A DNA stretch of 64,000 nt, taken from NCBI RefSeq assembly GCF_009914755.1, contig NC_060935.1; one strand, given 5' to 3'. A program made the position numbers and the translations under genes. The notes under the pieces are model-generated. The model ran no database searches, was not told the origin of the DNA, and saw nothing but the letters and a program-made list of their open reading frames with translations. The stretch is from the human T2T-CHM13v2.0 reference genome, Homo sapiens. The number at the start of each line of letters is the position of its first letter. Within the stretch, counting starts at the first letter, position 1. This document shows, piece after piece, positions 53,863 through 64,000 of the stretch.

Positions 53863-54329
53863 AAGAAATTTAAGTACATTTTCCTTCTATTTATATTTTG
53901 TAAGGGGCAGAACCAGGATTTGGACCCAGGTGTCTAACTCTGGAAGCTAAAAGCTTTCCATTATAACAAGTTGCCTCACCTGAGCCCGACTTAAAATCAG
54001 GTGATCTCAGCTATACTGGACTCCAACAGGAGTCATTGCTATTTTCTTGCTGTTGTATTTTATTCAAGTTTAGAAAAAGAAATAGCCAAAAAGCTCAGGC
54101 AAGGAGCAGACAAGACACAAAGAACTCTGAGTTCTGCCTGGGGAAGGAGCAGGGGACATGAGTCACCTTCCCCTCTAGACACAGTACTGCAATAGGATAA
54201 TCCTCTCCCAACTTCCAAATAGAAGTGGCCAAATTTAGTGGCAGGAGGAGCTAGGGGCAATGTGATTGCGACTCCCACCTCTATCCAGAGAACTGGCCCT
54301 AAAGCATCTCACCTGCTGTTTCACCGAGA

Positions 54330-54470
54330 GGCTCGTGGTCTCCAGCATCACCCAAGAGCTTCTTAGTAATACAGAATCTTAGGCCCCACACCCAACCCAC
54401 TGAATCAGAATGTGCATTTTAACAAGATCCCCAGGTGATCCTCATGTACATTACAGTTGGAGAAGTGCCT
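54330..54470. mobile_element. MER5-type hAT-Charlie MITE
   Basis: actgaatcagaatgtgcattttaacaagatccccaggtgat. Confidence 0.75.
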
Positions 54471-54883
54471 AGAACTTGACCCTTCACCTCGTTATAACTC
54501 AGTAACTTCACTTGTGAATCAGGCACAATAGCACCTGCTTGACTCACCACTCCTGGCTGTATGAGGATCAGAGAGGACAATGTAGGAAGTTAGAGGCAGA
54601 GGTGTTCAGGAAGTTATCTCTCGTGCCCCCTCTACCTTCTCCACTGCCATGGAAGCCTAATCTCTCTCTCAGAGGGAGAAGACTAGCAGGTGGCTCTTCT
54701 CTGGAAGAGCAGAGGAAATCAGGGACCCTCAACAGCCCATCCTCCATGGCCCCTGGGGGAATCTCTGAAGATTCTAGCTTTTCAACTGAAAGTTAGGCTG
54801 TAATTGACACTGTGTAATCCAGTAGACGGAATTTTGCAGAAATAAATATGAAGCTTATATTTGGGTTTTTAAAAAATCAAATT

Positions 54884-55179
54884 AGGCTGGGTGCTGTGGC
54901 TCACGCCTATAATCCCAGCCCTTTGGGAGGCCGAGGCAGGTGGATCACCTGAGGTCAGGAGTTTGAAACCAGCCTGGCGAACGTGGAAAAACCCCATCTT
55001 TACTAAAAATACAAAAATTAGCCAGGCATAGTGGTGCATACCTGTAATCCCAACTACTCAGGAGGCTGAGACAGGAGAATCTCTTGAACTTGGGAGGCAG
55101 AGGGTGCAGTGAGCAGAGATCGCACCACTGCACTCCCGCCTGGGTGACAGGGCAAGACTCTGTCTCAAAAAAAAAAAAA
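54884..55179 (+). mobile_element. Alu (AluS)
   Basis: Full dimer; TSD aaaaaatcaaatta. Confidence 0.95.
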
Positions 55180-55229
55180 TCAAATTATATAACAAATTAT
55201 TCATGTGTGTATATATATATATATAGATA

Positions 55230-56552
55230 TTAGGTTGGTACAAAAGTAATTGCGGTTTTTGCATTGTTAGAATTTTCCGTTTGATATTGGAATAAAACAT
55301 AAGGCAAGAAAAGATAAAATTAAGAACATAATTCTTATTTACATTTAAGAATGTAAATAAATGTGGTTACCGTATACATCATTTTAATGGGCATTTCTCG
55401 CTTTATGTTTTTTTGCTAGTTTATTTTATGTTTATTTTAGACTATGGAAATGATGTTAGACAAAAAGCAAATTCGAGTGATTTTCTTATTTGAGTTCAAA
55501 ATGGGTTGTAAGGCAGCGGAGACAGCTCGCAACATCAGCAGTGCGTTTGGCCCAGGAACTGCTAACAAACATACAGTGCGGTGGTGGTGCAAGAAGTTTT
55601 GCAAAGGAGACAAGAGCCTTGAAGGTGAGGAATGTAGTGGCCAGCCGTCGGAAGCTGACAATGACTAATTGAGAGCCATCACTGAAGCTCATCCTCTTAC
55701 AACTACATGAGAAGTTGCCGAAAAACTCAGCGTCGACCATCCTACTGTTGTTCGGCACTGAAAGCAAATTGGAAAGATGAAAAAGCTCGATAAGTGGGTG
55801 CCTCATGAGCGGAGTGAAAGTTTAAAGAAAAAACATCGTTGTGAAGTGTCGTCTTCTCTTATTCTACGCAACAGCAACGAACCATTTCTCAATCGGATTG
55901 TGATGTGCGCCGAAAAGTCGATTTTATACGACAACTGGCGATGACCACCTCAGTGACTGGACCCAGAAGAAGCTCCAAAGCACTTCCCAAAGCCAAATTT
56001 GCGCCAAAAAAAAGGTCATGGTCACTGTTTGGTGGGCTGCTGCTGGTCTGATCCACTATAGCTTTCTGAATCCCAGAGAAACCATTACATCTGAGAAGTA
56101 TGCTCGGCAAATCGATGAGCTGCACCAAAAACTGCAATGCCTGCAGCCGGCACTGGTCAACAGAAAGAGCCCAATTCCTCTCCACGACAATGCCCAGCCG
56201 TATGTCACACAACCAACACTTTGAACAAAAGTTGAAGGAATTGGGCTACACAGTTTTGCCTTATCCGCCATATTCACCTGACCTCTCGTCGACTGACTAC
56301 CACTTCTTCAAGCATCTCGACAACTTTTTGCAAGGAAAACGCTTCCACAACCAGCAGGATGCAGAAAATGCTTTCCAAGAGTTCAAATGTTGAAGTATGG
56401 ATTTTTACACTACAGCAATAAGCAAACATTTCTCATTGGTAAAAATGTGTTGATTGTAATGGTTCCTATTCTTACGAATAAAGATGTGTTTGAGCCTAGT
56501 TATAATGATTTCAAATTCATGGTCTGAAATTGCAATTACCTTTGCACCAACC
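55230..56552 (+). mobile_element. Hsmar1 mariner DNA transposon, near full length, inactive
   Basis: 5' TIR TTAGGTTGGTACAAAAGTAATTGCGG after TA; 3' TIR ...GCAATTACCTTTGCACCAACC; (TA)n on both flanks. Confidence 0.96.
55444..56478 (+). pseudogene. Hsmar1 transposase pseudogene (same family as the SETMAR transposase domain)
   Basis: MEMMLDKKQIRVIFLFEFKMG..., WVPHE, MVTVWW, LHDNA, YSPDLSSTDYHFFKHLDNFLQGKRF; multiple stops and frameshifts. Confidence 0.95.
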
Positions 56553-56887
56553 ATATATATATATAATGTATTTCTAATAAAACATTTTTCCTGCTCTTTC
56601 TCCAGTGCCTAGAATAGTGCCTGGCACATAGTAGGGGCTCGGTAAAATTTGCTGAACTAATGAATGGGCTCTATGAATCTTATCAATGTTCTAAATGCTA
56701 GCATTTTATAGATAAGGAAACTGAAACATCAAAAAGTTAACTTCCATAAGTCCCACAGCTAATTTCTTTATCTGTAAAATGGGCGTATAAATATTGCCTT
56801 TCTCATTATTATGGGGAGCAAATGAATTACCATATAACACCTTAGGGAGTGTGTCTGGCTCAGTGTTCGTGCTCACAACTGTCTATG

Positions 56888-57215
<328 letters not shown>

Positions 57216-58688
57216 CTAAAAATTCCTTTCCATTGATGCTTCCACTCAAGCTACCATCCCATTTTTCTCCTTTTACCATCTTTTAAAACTCCTTTTCAAA
57301 AAAGTAGATCTGAAAATTAATCTATGTTGTTAGAAGTAAATAAATCAATTATTCATCAAGCTATATATATTTATGTGCACTTTGAAATATATACATATAC
57401 ATATTACTTTACTGAAAAATTAAGAGAGAGAGTAGCTTAACTAACCTCCTCTTCTCTAGTTTTCCTTCCCTCCTCTCCCATTCAATCATTATTCTCCCTT
57501 GCAAATTGGCTTCCATGCACAGTGTCAAAACTGTGGCCCCTGCCACATCTCAGCTTCCTCACTATACACTGTCACCATGCTGTCCTGACATTCTCCTGTC
57601 TCCAGTGTCCACTCGATGGTTCGAGTTCTTTGTCCACTTTATGAGTCTTGCTTTTCATAGGGCTATATACACCTCTGCGGCCTTTCCTTGCTGACTCTGC
57701 CTGCTAATGTTCTGCCCCTTTGTCGAGATCTAACTCAATTCTGCCCCCTTGTCAAGATCTAGCACCTTCTCCTGGAAGTCTTCTCTGGTTTCCCTAATTC
57801 TACATCATCATTGCTCACTTAGCACTTTGGGATAGTGCCACTTGTGGGCCAGGTACTGTCTGAGGTAATGGAAGACATTCAGCCCTGCATTAGTTATTGG
57901 TTTAATATTAAGTTTTGCTATTTGCATCACAAGAAATACAGACTCATTTAAGATTTACCTCAAGTACCTGAGGGTGTATAAGGGTGATGTCTTACCACCT
58001 TTCCATCTGAGAATTTGTCTTCTGGGAATAGAAAATAGTAATGGATTCTTGACCATTGTTTCTAAGCAAAGCATGCCAGAGCTCATGTCACCCTTTCTAG
58101 TAAGAAGTTGTGAGTTTGCACTGAAGAATTATAATCAAAATGCGTAAAGCTCCCTCCCCTACCTCCACTTAAAGTTCTTTAGGGATCCTTCTGGCTCATC
58201 TGCAAGCTCCCTAATTTAAGGGACAAGTCTTTTTTCCCTTAAAAAGTTTTCCTGGGTTTAACTCCTCCCCTTCTCCCACTTTCTGCAGAGTCAATGGATT
58301 TACCCTTGAGAAGATTCTGCCTTCTGTCCTGGGGCAAGTGATGAAAGTCTCCAGCTCCCAGTCTGACTCACGAGAGTAGACAGCCTTCTGCAGAAGTTGA
58401 ATTATAGACTGTGGCCCCTCCCCTGTTTTCTACCAACAGTATGAATGAGCAACACCAGACTGGACCTCAAGAATGTTTCTCCAACTGGAATTTCTCTTCT
58501 CTGACAGAGACTTGAAAGCAGCTATAGTAAAATCTAGGCATGATGATCTATGTTGGGCACTGCACAAGCACTCCTCATTCAACAAGGTGCCGTTCATATC
58601 AGAGATGCTTTATTATTGTGATAATTTTTATATGTTTATTTTTATTTTGTTTATTGGAAAGATTGACGATTTGTATGTTTCTTACAAC

Positions 58689-58707
58689 TTCCCGGCAGAT
58701 GGCAGTA
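58689..58707 (+). promoter_or_regulatory. CTCF-like core motif
   Basis: TTCCCGGCAGATGGCAGTA resembles CCASYAGRKGGCRS. Confidence 0.5.
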
Positions 58708-59623
58708 AAGTGTCTTGTTTTAAGATGTTTACTATATTTTGTTCAGAGTCCATTTACAAAGGAAAAATGAGTCAGTATTCGAAATCAACATGTCTAACAT
58801 CATCTGAAAATAACTTTTACTTCTAAACAAGAAATCACTTTATCTATTGGTAGGTGAGTGTTTAAATGTTTTTTAAATCCCTATTGTTGTTAGAGCTCTG
58901 GCTAATTAATATTTCATACTGCATTTCACATTATCTGCTGTGTTCGCTGCACCCAAAAGCTATTCCTGAATTCCTCGTTTAAATCTACAAGAACTTTCAT
59001 TATTAGATTAATCACCATCAAATGACATACACTCAGATAATCCACAAAATGAATTACATGCACATAAATTAGAGATTACCACTTCGTGATCTGGCTAGTT
59101 CTATAATGGAAATTGCTTGTTGTGCATATCCTGTTAATAAAAATATTAATGCTTGATAATATTTAGCAGTCTGTTAATTATATATTTTGTATGTTATGTA
59201 CATGTAAGTTCCGAGATAAAATACCATTGATTTTTTGCTCAGATACTACAAAGGAGTTTTTAAAATTAATTTCAGAATCAGAAAACATGGAAGGAAATCA
59301 AAGACAATCAATTAGACTACTGAATATATTTTTGGAGAAGATAGAATCAGGAGGCAAAAAATGCTAAATTAGGATGTGGATTTAATTTCAATATTTATGT
59401 CAGACATAACTTGAGAAAAAAGTGGAAGAGAAAAAGAAAACATTAAACTAGATTTTCTTTTCCCTATCGAGGTACTTGGCTATGTAATTTGAATTTTTGT
59501 CCATAGAACACTCTATTTGAAATTTGTCTACAAAATGTATACATAAGAATTTTAACTTTCCATCGTATTTAACTACTATCAGTACAGGTAGGAAGTTTTC
59601 AGAAATTATTTATTCATAAATTC

Positions 59624-59933
<310 letters not shown>

Positions 59934-60295
59934 CATAAATTCTTACCAATGTCAAACCGACCACGCCCCTTATTATTCTACCTTAATGGTTTCTGTGTTT
60001 TCTCTATATTGCAAATTCTTCAGGGATGAAAAAAAAGTGTCAACTGAAGAATAAAGATGTTAGAATGGGTTGGCAGTACTTATCACATAATACTAATAAA
60101 CAGAGGGTAAATGCACTTCAATGGTGTTAAGAATTCAAAGATTTGAAATATATATAATATAAAGTGATAAAGATGCTATGATAAAGAGAAACAATATCAT
60201 GTGCACGTAATATACATGACTCGGCTTTGACAAGACAACATCTAGGGAGAAGATTATCCAGGAAACTACTAGTGCAGTGATGCAAATTGTCTTCC

Positions 60296-60640
60296 GGCAG
60301 GGCATGATGGCTCCCGCCTGTAATGCCAGCACTTTGGGAGGCCAAGGTGGGCGGATCACTTGAGGTCAGGAGTTTAAGTCCAGCCTGGCCAACATGACGA
60401 AACCCCATCTCTACTAAAAGTACAAAATTAGCCAGGTGTGGTGGTGCGTGCCTGTAGTCCCAGCTACTCGGAAGGCTGAGGCAGGCCCTCAGCCTTGAAC
60501 CCGGGAGACAAAGGTTGCAGTGAGCCCAGATCGTGCCACAGCACTCCAGCCTGGGCAACAGAGTGAGACTCAGTCTCAAAAAAAGAAAGGAAGGAAGGAA
60601 GGAAGGAAGGAAGGAAGGAAACAAGGAAGGAAGGGAGGGA
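60296..60640 (+). mobile_element. Alu (AluS) with (GGAA)n tail
   Basis: Full dimer; TSD aaattgtcttcc at 60284-60295 and 60641-60652; eight consecutive GGAA at 60589-60620. Confidence 0.95.
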
Positions 60641-61211
60641 AAATTGTCTTCCTTAGCAAAAACTATCAAAAATTCAATAAAATATGGCACATTGATACCA
60701 AATAATGTTACACAGTTTTAAGGAATAAAATATAAAAACCAAATAGTTAAACTGATAGCAGAAGTAATGAATGAACTAATTTTGAAAAAGATTATTTATC
60801 TTTATTATTTCAGATATAGTCTCTGGTATAAGCCAGGTAGAACACATAAAGCTATTAGAACTACACATAAAGAACACATGAAACTATTAGAACACAAACA
60901 TTTCATATGTGGATATTTGGGTGAGGGAGGTTGTCCAGTAGATGACAAAAGAAAGCATGTACAAACTTTCAGAAGGCTACTTGCAAATGTAAAGAAAAGT
61001 TACATACAGCAATGCCACAAGTATGCATAGAAATCATAATGGATTGCAACAGAGGATCCTAAAAAAGGTCTAGAGTATTTTATACTTTTTGTTATGTGTC
61101 TTTACATTTGATATTGAATGATGCAGCAAATATCTATTTTACAGCACTGAATTTTTTTATATCATCTAAGAAATTATATAACTACTCTTTTTTTTTTGCT
61201 AAAAAAAAAAA

Positions 61212-62025
61212 AGGGATAGATGTGCAGAACGTGTAGGTTTGTTACACAGGTATACATGTGCCATGGTGGTTTGCTGCTCCTATTGACCCGTCCTCTAAGT
61301 TCCCTCCCCTCACCCCCAACCCCCAAACAGGCCCTGGTGTGTGTTGTTCCCCTCTCTGTGTCCATGTGTTCTCATTGTTCAACTCCCACTTATGAGTGAG
61401 AACATGCGGTGTTTGGTTTTCTGTTCCTGTGTTAGTTTGCTGAGAATGATGGCTTCCAGCTTCATCCATATCCCTGCAAAGGACATGATCTCATTCCTTT
61501 TCATGGCTGCATAGTATCCCATGCTGTATATGTACCCCATTTTCTTTATCCAGTCTATCATTGATGGGCATTTGGGTTGGTTCCATGTCTTTGCTATTGT
61601 AAATAGTGTTTCAATAAACATACGTCTGCATGTGTCTTTATAGCAGAATGATTTATATTCCTTTGGATATATACCCAGTAATAGGATTGCTGGGTCAAAT
61701 GGTATTTCTGGTTCTAGATCCTTGAGGAATCGCCCTACTGTCTTCCACCATGGTCGAACTAATCTACATTCCCACCAACAGTGTAAAAGCGTTCCTATTT
61801 CTCCACAGCCTCACCAGCACCTGTTTCCTGACTTTTTAATAATTGCCATTCTGACTGGCATGAGATGGTATCTCATTTTGGTTTTGATTTGCGTTTCTCT
61901 GATGATCAGTGATGTTGAGCTTTTCATATGTTTGTTGGCTGCATTGATGTCTTTTTTTGGGAAGTGTCTGTTCATATCCTTTGCCCACTTTTTGATGGGA
62001 TTGTTTGTTTTTTTCTTGTAAATAT
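61212..62025 (-). mobile_element. 5'-truncated L1PA (older primate subfamily) 3' end
   Basis: ccatgtgttctcattgttcaactcccacttatgagtgagaacatgcgg...ggattgctgggtcaaatggtatttctgg. Confidence 0.93.
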
Positions 62026-62420
62026 GATATAACTAACTCTTTTGCTTCAACCAAATGTTGGAATATATTGTAAAGGCATTTATGGAACATAAAATTTTAA
62101 ATCATTGTTGAATATAGGATGGGAAACTTGAGGAGATGCCATCTTGCTACTAGAACTTAATTAGAGAGAGTATGCAATGCATGTTGATGATATGAATAAA
62201 AATGTAGATTCTAAAATGCAAGTCAGAAGTATACTGAAAATATCTTCTTTAAAATGCATTGTTCAGCCTAAATTAGGAGTAAAGATAAAGTTAATGTTAT
62301 ATGCAAACTTAGACAGGAACCCAAAGTCAGTATATATAATTCCCTTGAAAGCATAACATTATGGGCTTAGAAAATTTTTTAGGAAAAATTAACTTATGAT
62401 ATTCACACAAAGATATTATT

Positions 62421-62490
62421 GCTGCTAAACAAATTGCAGAGTTTCTCAACATTAAGCTGCTAAACAAATTGCAGAGTTTCTCAACATTAA
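62421..62490 (+). repeat. Perfect 35-bp tandem duplication
   Basis: gctgctaaacaaattgcagagtttctcaacattaa x 2. Confidence 0.95.
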
Positions 62491-62539
62491 GCCCAATTTT
62501 TCTAATATAAAAATACCAGAAAGAAGAGGAAGAATAATT

Positions 62540-62843
62540 TCTTTTTTTTCTTTCTTTTTTTTTGAGATGAAGTCTCACTTTGTCACCCAGGCTGGAGTGC
62601 AGTGGCGCAATCTCTGCTCACTGCAATTTCCGCCTCTGGGCTCAAGGTATTCTCCCACCTCAGCCTCCTGAGTAGCTGGGATTACAGGAGTGCCCCACCA
62701 TATTCACCTAATTTTTGTATTTTTAGTAGAGACAGTGTTTACCATGTTGGCCAGGCTGGTCTTGATCTCCTGACTTCAGGTGATCCGCTCGCCTCAGCCT
62801 CCCAAAGTGCTGGGATTACAGGTGTGAGCCACCGTGCCTGGCC
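62540..62843 (-). mobile_element. Alu (AluS)
   Basis: Reverse-complement dimer; TSD-like aggaagaataatttc / aggaagattaatttc. Confidence 0.94.
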
Positions 62844-62994
62844 AGGAAGATTAATTTCAAATGTCATTTCTACAGTCAATCCACCTGTGATCCCAAATTT
62901 ATTTCTATTTTTCTCTCTATAGGTTACAGTCATATTTTCTTTAAAGGAAAGATTTATATTGCAGAAGGACTATATGGTCTTTTCTGTGTCTTAG

Positions 62995-63140
62995 ATTAGT
63001 ATTTCTCAAATGTTCCTGTGCATATAGAATGCGGGGGATCTTATTAAAATGCAAATTCAGATTCAGTAACTCTGGGTTGGGACCTGAAATTCTGCATTCC
63101 TAACAAGCCCCTGATGATGCTTTGATGCTGGATATGTGGA
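62995..63140. mobile_element. MER5-type MITE
   Basis: ttattaaaatgcaaattcagattcagta...ttctgcattcctaacaagc. Confidence 0.75.
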
Positions 63141-63393
63141 GTAGGAAGGTTCCAGATATCGCATGTGATTTGAAGAATTGCTGTGAATATGAAGTACCAA
63201 GGCTGCGTTAAAAATGTACAATTGAAATTGACTGACAAGCATATTAAAGGCTTTTATAGATCATTCATCAATGTACAAAGCCCTAAAAACCTGAAGTTGT
63301 CTTTTAAAATCTAATGTTCTTTCACTAAAATATTGCAAAGTCTTTGTTACAATAACTTACTAGATCCACTTCCAAATAACTTCATGCCTTTCA

Positions 63394-63714
<321 letters not shown>

Positions 63715-64000
63715 TTAAAACTGTCAAAAAGAATTTTACTTCCACAAAGACAAGATGTCTTTTTTACAACAAATTATTAAATCCAAGTGACTTTGAGTTC
63801 TTAATATTATAATTAATCATTTGAATTTTTCAATATTTTATAATGAATTATTTGCTTGCATAATTTACATGGAATTACTGCCAGTCCTTGTTATTATTGA
63901 GAAATAAATAATATAACTTTTTAACTTGAGGAAAGATTAGCTTTTTCAAATTTGTACGAAATGCCATATGGGCTAGTGATAGCCTTGGTTTGGATAGTTT

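Noticed and set aside
55444-56478. SETMAR exon 3 or an active transposase
   Set aside because: Multiple stops and frameshifts, both TIRs present and no SET-domain exons in the window.
60127-60690. 187-aa minus-strand ORF
   Set aside because: Translation of an antisense Alu and its GGAA tail.
60767-61030. Possible coding exon after ttattatttcag
   Set aside because: Acceptor-like site but weak donor, and the peptide matches no protein I recognise.

Overview
Human (or human-lineage) genomic DNA. A near-consensus AluYb8 at 59624-59933 points to human. The window is repeat-dense and I find no intact protein-coding exon. Main contents: (1) a minus-strand processed pseudogene of the ETS factor SPIC. 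Its 16-bp target-site duplication shows the retrocopy is about 3.2 kb (7924-11079), not just the 745-bp CDS, and carries a ~235-nt 5' leader and a ~2.2-kb repeat-laden 3' UTR. (2) A near full-length, inactivated Hsmar1 mariner transposon (55230-56552). (3) An ERVL-class pol relic with nested LTRs (about 2.8-5.9 kb), several L1 blocks, over 20 Alus, MaLR/ERV1 solo LTRs, MER5 and MIR. (4) A CpG-island-like segment (about 51.9-52.5 kb) with no recognisable coding exon, and two same-orientation CTCF motifs. (5) Several small template-switch or repair scars: a 45-bp locally templated insertion inside an Alu, fold-back hairpins and perfect tandem duplications. I cannot support a genuinely novel biological system. 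Repeat subfamily names come from recalled consensus sequences and need RepeatMasker/Dfam confirmation.
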